Shown: positions 17,525 to 27,329, numbered from the stretch's first letter. The stretch: DNA of 64,000 nucleotides from Candidatus Bathyarchaeia archaeon (GCA_050015395.1 JBEKBM010000003.1:73455-137454), one strand, 5' to 3'. Notes: generated by a model from the sequence alone, not told the origin. A program made the numbers and translations.

Positions 17525-17938
17525 TTATCCTTTTATGGTCCAGCCTTTTTTGTTCAAGATCTCCTGTACCGCTGGAAGATCGAGGGCGAATTTGGTGTGT
17601 TGGCAGTTGCTGGATTGGCAGTAATCGCACCAAACGTTGTCTGGCTTGAAGTAGACGTCTATTATTCTTCCTGTTGATGTTTTGCTGTGGAGGGTTCTGT
17701 CTAGAATTCTGACTCCTTCTTCATTTACGTTAAAGTGCTCTAGGGATGGCAGTTTTGGCATGGGCTGTGCAGTGTTTAGTTCTTCAAACCTTTTTCTTAT
17801 AGCTTCTTTTATGAATTCGGCTCGGCTTTTGTATCCTCTTATGCCGCGTTTTATGATTGAGTCAATTTCGTCCATTAACTCTTTTGGCAGTCGTACGGTT
17901 GTGTAGTCGTCTGAGTTGGTTTCTTCGTTTTGAGGCAT
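17525..17938 (-). CDS. Ribbon-helix-helix regulator with C-terminal Cys/His (Zn-finger-like) domain
   Basis: YTTVRLPKELMDEID...GYKSRAEFIKEAIR; C-terminal WCDYCQSSNCQH; ATG 17938. Confidence 0.85.
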   Translation of the reverse strand: MPQNEETNSDDYTTVRLPKELMDEIDSIIKRGIRGYKSRAEFIKEAIRKRFEELNTAQPMPKLPSLEHFNVNEEGVRILDRTLHSKTSTGRIIDVYFKPDNVWCDYCQSSNCQHTKFALDLPAVQEILNKKGWTIKG

Positions 17939-18003
17939 GTGACATTCATGATTCAATGGTGACAACGTGAATTTAAGCGTATTGTTGTTTAACGGTGCAA
18001 AGT

Positions 18004-18080
18004 CATTGTCGAGCGATTGAGTGGTTGGTGTCGACAATGCCTAAATATTCGCTAAACTTGTATGTATCAAGCGTGATACA
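18004..18080. promoter_or_regulatory. Candidate operators between the divergent RHH genes
   Basis: CATTGTCGA-N18-TCGACAATG (18004-18039) and TGTATCA-N4-TGATACA (18063-18080), both perfect inverted repeats. Confidence 0.6.
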
Positions 18081-18083
18081 AGA

Positions 18084-18245
18084 ATGACAGAATATACCAC
18101 AATAAGGCTTCCTAAAGGCCTCCTAAAACAGGTTGATGACGTAGTTAAGAATCAAGACTTGGGGTATTCATCAAGGGCAGAGCTTGTCAAAGACGCCGTC
18201 AGAACCTACCTAGCAGCATTAAAACAGCCTAAGAGCCCACAATAA
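18084..18245 (+). CDS. Small ribbon-helix-helix (CopG/NikR-N-like) regulator
   Basis: Below track cutoff; MTEYTTIRLPKGLLKQVDDVVKNQDLGYSSRAELVKDAVRTYLAALKQPKSPQ*, clear paralogue of the divergent gene. Confidence 0.88.
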   Translation: MTEYTTIRLPKGLLKQVDDVVKNQDLGYSSRAELVKDAVRTYLAALKQPKSPQ

Positions 18246-18311
18246 AGCCCCATACATCCTATGTGTTGCTTGTTCATTTTCGCCGCCTCAGAGTGGCGTT
18301 GAGCTGATATT

Positions 18312-18548
18312 ATGCATAAAAGAAATTCTCAAAAATTGCAAGAACGAAAAATCCGCGGTATCATCCTGTGCGGCAGCTTCAACGACAGAAACGTTGGTGA
18401 AGCCGTCTCCAAAATGACGCGTGTGGACGTGATGGCGCAGTTGAATGAGCCAGTCGAAGTTCACCTTATCCCCGACATTGAGAAAGGCGAAGTCCTGATT
18501 GATTCGCGTGGGCAAGGGAGTTTGCAGCGGGGTGGCGAATTTTGTTAG
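18312..18548 (+). CDS. Hypothetical proviral protein
   Basis: 78-aa ORF co-directional with the terminase operon. Confidence 0.55.
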   Translation: MHKRNSQKLQERKIRGIILCGSFNDRNVGEAVSKMTRVDVMAQLNEPVEVHLIPDIEKGEVLIDSRGQGSLQRGGEFC

Positions 18549-18594
18549 CTTTTTGTGGTTGGTTTTTTGCACAAATAGTAGGGTATCCCTGTAG

Positions 18595-18996
18595 GTGAGA
18601 CAGTTGCCTCGTAGGTTAAGTCTTGAGAGACGAGTTAACGCTCGGCTTAACAAAATGCGCCGCATCCTACATGTTGACACTCAACACACCCGCAAGAAGC
18701 TTCTGCTGCAGTTAGAAGACCTGTTTGAAATCTCAAGCAACTATGCACGCGGAAAAGTCCAGCGGGTAGTTGACGAAGCAGGAAAAGAGCGCCCCCTAAC
18801 AATTGCCGAACGCCAGTTTTACGCGCGAATCGCAGCCTACATAGCCCAGATCATCAATAATCTCGCAAAAGGAATCGACGAACGCCAAATTGACAGAGAC
18901 CTAGACAAGCTGGAGGCGATGCTGAATAAAACAGCGGCAGCGGTCACGGCTATGGCGGATGATAGAGGGTCACCAGGAAAGTCAGAAGGCACCTGA
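18595..18996 (+). CDS. Basic helical protein, possible terminase small subunit
   Basis: Directly upstream of and overlapping the terminase large subunit; function assigned by position only. Confidence 0.5.
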   Translation: MRQLPRRLSLERRVNARLNKMRRILHVDTQHTRKKLLLQLEDLFEISSNYARGKVQRVVDEAGKERPLTIAERQFYARIAAYIAQIINNLAKGIDERQIDRDLDKLEAMLNKTAAAVTAMADDRGSPGKSEGT

Positions 18997-20323
18997 AACA
19001 GCTCCCGTGAGCATTACTGTGCCTGAGGATCCTGTTGTTTTCGCGCGAGAATTTTTTGGATTTCAGGTCAAAGAGTACCAGGCTAGCCTTCTCCGGGACA
19101 AGAGCAAACGCGTTGTGGTACGGTGGAGCAGGCAAGCGGGCAAAACTACCTGCATTGCTTTGCGGGCGATTTGGTTCGCATGCGCCTACCCGAAAACGTT
19201 GACCTTGATTGTGGCTCCTACCCTTCGCCAAAGCATGATCATGTCTGACCGTATTGGGGATTTTCTAGGTGAGCTTCCCAAAGAGAAGAGATCGGCGCTT
19301 GTTGAGAAGTTGCAGCGCACAACCGTCCGCTTCAAAAATGGTAGCCGAATCATCGCCCTACCCAACAGCCCCCAACTGCTAAGAGGGTATGCAGCTAGCC
19401 AAGTCATTACCGATGAAAGTGCATTCTTCAAGGATGACAAGCTTGTCTTCTACAATGTCCTCTATCCCATGCTTAGCACCACTGACGGAGCCTTGATTGC
19501 TTCAAGCACGCCCTGGAGCAAGGACAGCGTCTTCTACCGAATGTGCCAAGCGCCCGAATTCAGCAAACACACCGTAACCTGCGAAGACGTCGTAAAAAGC
19601 GGCCTCACCAAACAAAGCTTCATCGACGAGATGCGGAGTCAACTTCCGTTTGAGCGCTTTCAACGGGAGTTCATGGCTGAATTCGTGGAAGACGTTGACG
19701 CCTGGTTAACTCAGAGCCTCATCGTCAGCTGCATCGACAGCCAACTGGCACCTTACGATTTTCAAGCTCAGCCTCAGGGCGAATTCTATGCGGGCGTTGA
19801 CTTTGGAAAAGAACAAGACTTCAGCGTTGTCCTATTGGTCGAGAAGCAAGGCTCCGTGTTGCGGGTAGTTCATGTCCACCGTTTTCCATTGCATACTGAG
19901 TACGCCAGCGTTATCGGGTACATCAAAAGCCTGCAAGACCGTTGGAGAACAATCAGAGCAGTGTACGGTGACATTACTGGAGTTGGCAACTATATTGTTG
20001 AAGATATGGTTCATAGCGGAATCCAAGGCGTAACTGGAGTAGCCTTCACAGTTCAATCAAAAGAAGAAATGGCTACAATTCTGCGCGAAAAAATGCGAAA
20101 TACTGAAATCAAAATTCCCTACGTTCCCGCTAGGAAGCTTGAAGATATCGATTTAACGGCTGAATTGAACATTGAAAAATATGAACTTATGAAAACCGGA
20201 TACTTACGCTTTAGTCACCCAGAAGGCGGACACGACGATGTTTTCTGGAGCTGCGCTTTAGCTTGTTATGCGGCTCTGCAAGCGCCACTGCCTGGTAAGG
20301 GCGCCGTTATGCTACCACACTAG
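18959..20323 (+). CDS. Terminase large subunit
   Basis: YQ motif, Walker A SRQAGKT, Walker B VITDESAF, ASSTP, FQREFMAEF, nuclease GVDFG...GDITGVG...HDDVFWS. Confidence 0.93.
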   Translation: MIEGHQESQKAPETAPVSITVPEDPVVFAREFFGFQVKEYQASLLRDKSKRVVVRWSRQAGKTTCIALRAIWFACAYPKTLTLIVAPTLRQSMIMSDRIGDFLGELPKEKRSALVEKLQRTTVRFKNGSRIIALPNSPQLLRGYAASQVITDESAFFKDDKLVFYNVLYPMLSTTDGALIASSTPWSKDSVFYRMCQAPEFSKHTVTCEDVVKSGLTKQSFIDEMRSQLPFERFQREFMAEFVEDVDAWLTQSLIVSCIDSQLAPYDFQAQPQGEFYAGVDFGKEQDFSVVLLVEKQGSVLRVVHVHRFPLHTEYASVIGYIKSLQDRWRTIRAVYGDITGVGNYIVEDMVHSGIQGVTGVAFTVQSKEEMATILREKMRNTEIKIPYVPARKLEDIDLTAELNIEKYELMKTGYLRFSHPEGGHDDVFWSCALACYAALQAPLPGKGAVMLPH

Positions 20324-20471
20324 GAGTTGGATTGGTTGATTAATCAAACATTGGGCAAACTCTTGTCTCTATTCATATTTGGAATTAATAATCGTTAAAT
20401 CCTTTGCCCCCGAAAGTAGCAAGTATTTTATAGTTAAAAGAAGAATCAATAAAGGCAAATCGGGGACTAAG

Positions 20472-21617
20472 ATGAGAAAAGATATAATTAAGCAAATTCA
20501 AGACTTCCGAGGTTCCAAGGTTATTGTGTATTTTACCGGTGATAGGCAATTAGCTAATGCCCGTATAGCGGAAGACGCAGTGAGACCATTATACGACCAT
20601 TTGTTGTCAATAGGGAAGACACCGAAAATTGATTTATATCTTTACAGTCGAGGGGGCAACGTAAGTGTTCCTTGGCGGATTGTTACCATGTTCAGGGAAT
20701 TCTGTGATGAGTTATCTGTCATCGTTCCCTACAAGGCTTACAGTGCTACGACATTAATCTCCCTTGGTGCTGATTCGATCATCATGGGCAAGAAGGCTGA
20801 ATTGGGTCCCATTGACCCCACGCTTGAGAAATCTTTCTCAGCTGAAAATGCAGGTCCTCCGGAACAAATCAGTGTAGAAGATGTCAACTCCTTCTTGTCA
20901 TTTGTAAAAGAAAGAGGTCACATCACTGACCAAGCCGCTTTAGCACAAGTCATGTGCTTATTAGCCAATCAGTTAACACCTTTAACGTTGGGAAGTGTAA
21001 ACCGCACAAATTCACATATTCGCCTTGTCGCAAGAAAGTTGCTAACGGCTAGGAAAGAAAAGTTTGAAGAGTCAAAAATAAACTCAATAATCGAAACATT
21101 AACAGAAAAAATGTATTCTCACGGTCACGGCATTGGACGAAAAGAAGCTTTAGAAATTGGTCTGCCCATAAAGATGCCAGAAGAAAACTTAGAAACGGTT
21201 ATATGGCAGCTTTACCTAGAATATGAACAGTTGCTTAAGCTCAATGAGCACATCGACCCAATCTTTTCATTACTTGGACAAGAGCAAGTTCACTATGCTG
21301 ATGTTCCTATCGGTATTATCGAAAGCGAGAACTTACTACATGCTATTAAGATACAAATTGATATGAAGAAGAGAAGACAGATACCACCAAGCCCTCAAAT
21401 AAACTTGAACGTTAATCTGTCGCTGCCACCAGGCATAAGACCTGAAGAAATTCCCCAACAAGCTCAACAGATTCTTCAACAAATGTTACAGCAAGTTACA
21501 CAAAGCCTACCGCCTCTTGTGCAAGGGGAAATTATAAGACAATCTCCAGAAACGGGCATCGAATCGAGAGCTTATGGAGCGCGATGGTTAAAGTATAATA
21601 ATGAGGATTTAACATGA
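20472..21617 (+). CDS. SDH/DUF114-family Clp-fold serine protease
   Basis: DLYLYSRGG, VPYKAYSATTLISLGADSIIMG, LGPIDP, YSHGHGI; ATG 20472. Confidence 0.85.
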   Translation: MRKDIIKQIQDFRGSKVIVYFTGDRQLANARIAEDAVRPLYDHLLSIGKTPKIDLYLYSRGGNVSVPWRIVTMFREFCDELSVIVPYKAYSATTLISLGADSIIMGKKAELGPIDPTLEKSFSAENAGPPEQISVEDVNSFLSFVKERGHITDQAALAQVMCLLANQLTPLTLGSVNRTNSHIRLVARKLLTARKEKFEESKINSIIETLTEKMYSHGHGIGRKEALEIGLPIKMPEENLETVIWQLYLEYEQLLKLNEHIDPIFSLLGQEQVHYADVPIGIIESENLLHAIKIQIDMKKRRQIPPSPQINLNVNLSLPPGIRPEEIPQQAQQILQQMLQQVTQSLPPLVQGEIIRQSPETGIESRAYGARWLKYNNEDLT

Positions 21618-21820
21618 ATAAGAAGGGGATAAAAATGGAAACCAACCTAAATATTCTACCCTTTGGTCAAATGGTGATTACAATTAAAAGCAGCAAAATT
21701 GTTGCCGGGAAAAGAGACCAGAACGTAGTCTATTCAGAGCCCCGAACAACTGAACAAAGCGTTGTAGAGGTTGAGTTAGAGGGCAATTACTCAGCCCCAG
21801 AGACAACTGTAGGTTCTTAG
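21614..21820 (+). CDS. Small hypothetical protein coupled to the SDH protease
   Basis: ATGA overlap with the upstream stop. Confidence 0.5.
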   Translation: MNKKGIKMETNLNILPFGQMVITIKSSKIVAGKRDQNVVYSEPRTTEQSVVEVELEGNYSAPETTVGS

Positions 21821-21976
21821 CTTCATTTCTTATTTATCATCACTTCCAATGGGTCATTGCAGTAAAATATAGCGGTTATGTTACTTAGGTATTTTATACA
21901 TCATGATCGCTTTTTTCTAACAAACGTGAATTATTACTAGCTTGCTGACCCTGACGCATTAGCACGCAAAAACTTA

Positions 21977-22165
21977 ATGGAAAAATTAATGGAACACAAA
22001 TCAGAAACTAAACGCGACAGCAAGAATCTATGGCTACTTAAAACTTTAGATTGGAAAATTTTACGCTTTTCTGGGTCTGAAACAAACGAAAACGCGGCTA
22101 AATGTTCAAACATAGTTGAGTGTGAACTGCTCTTAATAATAGTAACAAGGTGTAAACGAACATGA
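21977..22165 (+). pseudogene. C-terminal fragment of a DUF559/Vsr-like endonuclease
   Basis: RDSKNLWLLKTLDWKILRFSGSE resembles RDxxRDxxLxxxGWxVLRFxxxE; N-terminal catalytic part not visible. Confidence 0.55.
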
Positions 22166-23493
22166 GTTTTGTTGCCGAAAAAATCAGCGAAAGCTTCCAG
22201 AAACTGCAGGCAAGATTAGGCTTTAAGGCTCAGCGGCAGGTGCCGCCTGACGTTAGCCGTCGTCAGATTGAAGAGGAGGTGCCTCTTAGCTGGAAGAAGG
22301 ATGAGATGCTCTATGGTTACGTTTCCCGTTATATGCTCAAAGGTTCAGGCGCAGGCTTCGTTACTCCGCCATACACTGCCTACTGGGACCGCATTTGGGG
22401 CGCAACGCCAATAGAGGACTTGCCAAAGTACAAGGACCTATACACGTTTACTTCGTACATCAAGGCAGCAATCGATGTCACCGTTAATCTCGCCATCAGC
22501 AACGGTTTTGAGTTAAACGGCGGAGACGACGGAGTTCGCCAGTGGCTAACAGATTGGCTTGATGAACAGAACATTCTGCATACGTTGCGCATTGTTGCAT
22601 CGGATATGCTTGTGTTTGGGAACGCTTTCATAGAAATTTGCCGGGACGAAACCAGTGGTAAGGTTACGTGGCTTAAGCCTCTTGACCCCGTTCATATGCG
22701 TGTGCGCCGTAATGAGTACGGTGACATTTTTGGGTATATTCAACTGTTGACTTTTCCGCCTGTTGTTTTTGAGGCTCAGGATATGGTTCATTTCCGTTGG
22801 GGCGCTAAAAGCTGGTGGTATGAGAGTAGCTATGGCACGAGTTTGCTTAGGCCTCTGCTTAAGGTCCAAGCGTTGCTTGATCAGTTGGAAGATGATCTTG
22901 CCGTCATAGTGTATAGTTATCCTCCGCCAAGCTGCTACGGAAGACGCCTTGTGCTTCCACGCATTACAATCCAAGAAATGAACAAACAACTAAGCATAAT
23001 CAGCCGAGTGGTTATCCATCCAAAATACCGAACAATAGGCTTAGGCGCCAAACTAATCCGTGAAACCCTTCCTCTAGTAGGCACGCCCTATGTTGAGATG
23101 ATTGCAGTCATGGCGAAGTATAACCCGTTTGCAGAAAAGGCAGGTATGCAAAAAATAGCTGAACAAAAATCAATAGAAAGCGTTTCAGAGGTTTCTAAGG
23201 CACTCTCAGAGTTGGGTTTTGACTTGCAACTCTTAGGCAGTGAACGTTATGTCAAAGAAAAACTCCAAAGTCTAAGCCCTGCACAATTGGACAAGCTTAA
23301 AGAATCGTTAATTAAGAATAAGCATCCGCGGTTCAAAAAGGAGTTTGCAGTTAGTCGGCATCAGCCTTATGGAAAAACATCGGACTATATTCAAAGCATT
23401 CAGAACGCTGAAATGCCGAAAATTGCAAAACTCATTAAGCTCGTCGGGATACTTTCGCAAACGAAAGTTTACTTGTTTTGGAAAGGACAATAA
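22162..23493 (+). pseudogene. In-frame chimera: phage portal N-half fused to the GNAT-like C-domain of a COG2401-type ATPase/acetyltransferase
   Basis: Portal motifs VFGNAFIEI, LKPLDPVHMRV, YGTSLLRP up to ~22911; then VIVYSYPP...ISRVVIHPKYRTIGLG...MAKYNPFAEKAGM. Confidence 0.8.
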
Positions 23494-23709
23494 CAAGATA
23501 TGAAAAAAAGTCGTTATTAAAACCTGTTTCTAATCAATTTTAGTTAGCATGGTATAGTGTAAATAAGCAGGGTATTGGAAAAAAGTTTGTTTTCTTAAAC
23601 AATTTGCGCTAAAAAGCAAAAACGGTTATTAACAAGGAAACAAGATACGCATTACAGTTCCAAGAGGAAACTGCGGTGATTGTTAAGAGTAATAGAAGGA
23701 GAATGACAT

Positions 23710-24642
23710 ATGAAAGTACTCAATAAAATAGTTATTATCCTTCTGTTTACGTTGGTAACATTTTCAGCTCTAAGCGTATTTACTGGATCAGTAAACGCTG
23801 CTGGAAACCTTAGCTGTCAGGCATCCATTTCAGGCAGGACTTCTGGCGTTGCACAAGCTACATCATATACATTCACTATAAATAACGTGGGTGAAGCCAA
23901 TCTTGGAGGTGCAATCGTTACAATACCTTCAGGATACAGTAATGTTGGAAATATAGTTATAAGTCAAGAACCAACCTCACAAAATTGGACAATAACCAAA
24001 GAAAATAGTGATATTCTTCTCTATGGCTCTGCTGAAGGACTAAGCTCGGGGCAGAGCATCACATTCACTTTTGACGCAACAAATCCTAAACCCTCAGGAA
24101 ATTACAAATGGATAATCGGCGCTAATGAAAACACGAGTGCAAACGCCCTTAATGCTCCAGAATTTACGTTAGATATTAGTAATCCGATTATAATCAATTC
24201 AATTTTTGCAGCAACTTTAATCTTTTTCATCGCAACTGTTATTGCGTTCATAAACACGGGATTAAACAGGGTTCTAATCAACTATTTCATAGGGTGGGAA
24301 CAATACCGAGTCATGCAGAAAGAAATGAACGAATACCGGTCAGAAACCATGGCTGCCATGCGAGCTAACGACAAAAAACAAGTTGAAAAACTCAAAAAAA
24401 GAGAATCGCAAATAAAAAACATGCAGGCAAAAATGATGAAGCCACAGATGGTCCAGTTCGGATTCTCTTTTGTTTACATTATTATTTGGTTTCTCGTGTT
24501 AACACCCACCTTTGGAGGCACCTCTATGGCTTACTTGCCAGGTTTCGGCGGTATCCCAGTCCTCTACTGGTACCCCATCGGCTCATTCTTCTTAGGTCTA
24601 CTTGCATCACGATTAATAGGCATAATGCCGATTGAAACTTGA
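23710..24642 (+). CDS. EMC3/TMCO1/DUF106 (Oxa1-superfamily) insertase with N-terminal signal and extracellular beta-rich domain
   Basis: TM, then coiled coil (QKEMNEYR...KKQVEKLKKRESQIKNMQAKMMKPQM), then TMs with YWY; position between secY and cmk. Confidence 0.85.
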   Translation: MKVLNKIVIILLFTLVTFSALSVFTGSVNAAGNLSCQASISGRTSGVAQATSYTFTINNVGEANLGGAIVTIPSGYSNVGNIVISQEPTSQNWTITKENSDILLYGSAEGLSSGQSITFTFDATNPKPSGNYKWIIGANENTSANALNAPEFTLDISNPIIINSIFAATLIFFIATVIAFINTGLNRVLINYFIGWEQYRVMQKEMNEYRSETMAAMRANDKKQVEKLKKRESQIKNMQAKMMKPQMVQFGFSFVYIIIWFLVLTPTFGGTSMAYLPGFGGIPVLYWYPIGSFFLGLLASRLIGIMPIET

Positions 24643-24665
24643 CGCAGAAAACATGGTGGCGCTAA

Positions 24666-25280
24666 ATGGCTAAAAACGCAAAATTATGCTTTGCTGACAA
24701 AAAAACAGTAATCTGCATCTCAGGAATGGCTGGAACAGGAAAAAGCACTCTATCAAAAAAGCTTGCGGAAAAATACAATCTAAAATGTTATTCAGGTGGC
24801 GACGCGCTTAAAGAACTGGCAAAAGCAGAAGGCTATGACGTGTCACGTCAAGGCTGGTGGGAGAGCCCTGAAGGCTTAAATTTTCTTAAGGAAAGAGCAA
24901 ATGACCCTAAATTTGACAAGGCAGTAGATGCTAAGCTGCTTAAATATGCGCATCAAGGAAATGTTCTCCTAGATAGTTGGACCATGCCCTGGTTGCTTAA
25001 AGAGGGTTTTAAGATCTGGTTGATGGCTTCGATTGAGAAGAGAGCAGCAAGAGTTGCCGAACGCGATAAAATAACCGTTAATGAAGCATTCAAAGTATTG
25101 GAAGAAAAAGAAGCTAGAACAAAAGCAATTTACAAGAAGCTTTACGGTTTCGTTTTAGGCGAAGATTTTGCACCGTTTGACTTGGTTTTAGATACCGATA
25201 ATTTGAATGCCGAAGAGGTTTTTGAAGTTCTCTGCAGAGTAATAGGCAACGTGGTTCTTTCTGTTCCTGAGTCTAACTGA
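24666..25280 (+). CDS. cmk: Cytidylate kinase (archaeal type)
   Basis: ISGMAGTGKST, RAARVAERD, FDLVLDTDNL; conserved neighbourhood. Confidence 0.9.
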   Translation: MAKNAKLCFADKKTVICISGMAGTGKSTLSKKLAEKYNLKCYSGGDALKELAKAEGYDVSRQGWWESPEGLNFLKERANDPKFDKAVDAKLLKYAHQGNVLLDSWTMPWLLKEGFKIWLMASIEKRAARVAERDKITVNEAFKVLEEKEARTKAIYKKLYGFVLGEDFAPFDLVLDTDNLNAEEVFEVLCRVIGNVVLSVPESN

Positions 25281-25387
25281 GTAAATAGAACTTTCTTCTA
25301 TAACATAGTTACTGATTGCTTAAAGCCATCAATAACAAATTAGACCCCTCTTTACAAAGCGCCGTCTGAGAGAGGGGAAGGGAATAA

Positions 25388-25756
25388 GTGAAAGTATTAA
25401 ATGGTCTGTTCGCGTTTCTATTTGCAGTAGTAATAATCTTTTGCTTCATAGCCTCATTTCGCCTAATTAACATCCAATCCACAGTCATGTTACTAATTTT
25501 CAATGCGCTTTTTATTTCCCTAGCCTTTCAGTTGAACGGTGCGTTTAACGTGAAACTATGCCTTTTAGCATCAGGCAACATAATAGGTCTCTGTTGGAAC
25601 TTTATCTTTTACTCTTTCGCCATTACAGGAACCGTTTTTTTCGGTAAAATCTTCAATATCCTTTATACAGTTTTCTTTCCCTTTCTATGTTCACTTTGGA
25701 TCGTAGCGTTTTGGTCTCTAAGCTTAACAGTTCTCCATCGTGAGAGCACAAACTAG
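25388..25756 (+). CDS. Small 4-TM membrane protein
   Basis: Almost entirely hydrophobic; directly upstream of the GT2 gene. Confidence 0.7.
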   Translation: MKVLNGLFAFLFAVVIIFCFIASFRLINIQSTVMLLIFNALFISLAFQLNGAFNVKLCLLASGNIIGLCWNFIFYSFAITGTVFFGKIFNILYTVFFPFLCSLWIVAFWSLSLTVLHRESTN

Positions 25757-25766
25757 GAGATTCGCT

Positions 25767-27047
25767 TTGATTTCTGTAGTTTTAGAAATCTTTTTCCTAC
25801 TTTTAACTGCAGTAATGGTGGCTTACCTTGTTAGGCATTATATTTTTACCATTACCGTTTTAAGGGGAGCCAACAAAAACAAAAAACCCGCAGCCATTGA
25901 GGCTTCAACGTTTGAACCTACGGTTACCATCCTTATTCCAGCACATAACGAGGAGAAAGTTATTGGACGATTGCTTCAGCGAATCAGTGAGTTAACCTAT
26001 CCAAAAGACAAACTGCAAGTAATAGTCATCAATGACGCTTCATCCGACCAAACTGGGGCAATAGCAGACGATTACAAAAACAAGTACCCGTTCATAGAAG
26101 TGCTGAATCGAGACAAAAGCAACGGCGGCAAAGGAAAAGCATCAGCTATGAACGATGGCTTTAGCAAATCAACTGGCGAAATAGTGCTTTGTTTCGATGC
26201 TGACTATTGCCCTCAGAAAGATATTGTTGAGAAACTTGCCAGAGAATTCATTGACCCCAAAGTTGGTGCAGTACAGGGAAGAGTCGTTGTCTTAAATGAA
26301 CCCGAAAACATAGTTACGCGGTTAGTGGCGCTGGAGCGAATAGGCGGATACCGCGTTGACCAAGAAGCAAGAGATAATTTAGGCTTAATCGTGCAGTTTG
26401 GAGGAACCGTCGGCGGATTTAGGAGCAGTTTGCTAAAAAACCTGCGTGGTTGGGATGAGACCGTATTGGCAGAAGACACCGATTTAACTTTTCGCATTTA
26501 CCTCGCAGGCTACAGAATCCCCTATAATATTGATGCAGAATGCTATGAGGAAGCAGTTGATAACTGGAAAGCTTATCGCCAACAAAGGTACCGGTGGGCA
26601 AAAGGGCACATGCAATGCTTCTTTAAACACTCATGGAACGTTTTGAAAAGTAAAAACTTGAATGTTAAAGAGAAAATCGATGGTTTATTATTGCTAAATG
26701 TTTATTTTATACCTATTCTGGCTTTGTTTTCGATGCTTATTGGTTTATATCTGATTCTTTCGGGTTTACAGCTTATAAGCACTTTATGGTTTTTCATTCC
26801 AATATCTGTGTACTGTTCTGTAGGTAACTTTGCTCCTTTTTTTGAGGTTGGAATCGGGATATACTTGGATGGTCGAAAAAGAGCGCAGTGGCTTATTCCT
26901 CTTTTGATATTTACTTTCTTTTACAATATACCTATTTGTTTGAAGGCTTTTCTCGATGTGATGACTTCAAAAATTATGAGGCGAGATGCGAATGTGTGGG
27001 TTAAAACATCACACTCGGGTAGTGGAAACTGTTATATTGCAAATTAA
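25767..27047 (+). CDS. Processive GT2 glycosyltransferase (CESA-like)
   Basis: IPAHNEE, NDASSD, GKASAMN, FDAD, LAEDTDL, QRYRW; C-terminal TMs; TTG after AGGAG. Confidence 0.92.
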   Translation: MISVVLEIFFLLLTAVMVAYLVRHYIFTITVLRGANKNKKPAAIEASTFEPTVTILIPAHNEEKVIGRLLQRISELTYPKDKLQVIVINDASSDQTGAIADDYKNKYPFIEVLNRDKSNGGKGKASAMNDGFSKSTGEIVLCFDADYCPQKDIVEKLAREFIDPKVGAVQGRVVVLNEPENIVTRLVALERIGGYRVDQEARDNLGLIVQFGGTVGGFRSSLLKNLRGWDETVLAEDTDLTFRIYLAGYRIPYNIDAECYEEAVDNWKAYRQQRYRWAKGHMQCFFKHSWNVLKSKNLNVKEKIDGLLLLNVYFIPILALFSMLIGLYLILSGLQLISTLWFFIPISVYCSVGNFAPFFEVGIGIYLDGRKRAQWLIPLLIFTFFYNIPICLKAFLDVMTSKIMRRDANVWVKTSHSGSGNCYIAN

Positions 27048-27065
27048 TAATTAATGTAGATATTA

Positions 27066-27329
27066 ATGATTCAAGATCAGAATTCATTAATTGCTACTCT
27101 GATAGCCACAATCGCCATGATAATTGTACTCTTTTTTCTGCCCGCTCTAATAGAATTAAAAAAACCAAAAGATGCAGGACCAAGACTAATAGACGATAAC
27201 ATCCCAAAAATAAGAATCGGCACCCTAAAAGTCCCCATAACAGACATTGAAGAAGAGCAGAAATTTACTTATCAATCAACAACCAAAACTGCAGATTTCC
27301 TTTATACTATTCCGAACTTGGAAGTTTAG
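27066..27329 (+). CDS. Small single-TM protein
   Basis: N-terminal TM ending LPALIELKKPKD; follows the GT2 gene. Confidence 0.65.
   Translation: MIQDQNSLIATLIATIAMIIVLFFLPALIELKKPKDAGPRLIDDNIPKIRIGTLKVPITDIEEEQKFTYQSTTKTADFLYTIPNLEV

Larger units (their letters stand above)
17525..23493. mobile_element. Decayed head-tail (Caudoviricetes-like) provirus remnant
   Basis: Terminase large subunit, portal N-half and divergent regulators; no integrase, capsid or att repeats found; lies between secY and EMC3/DUF106. Confidence 0.8.
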
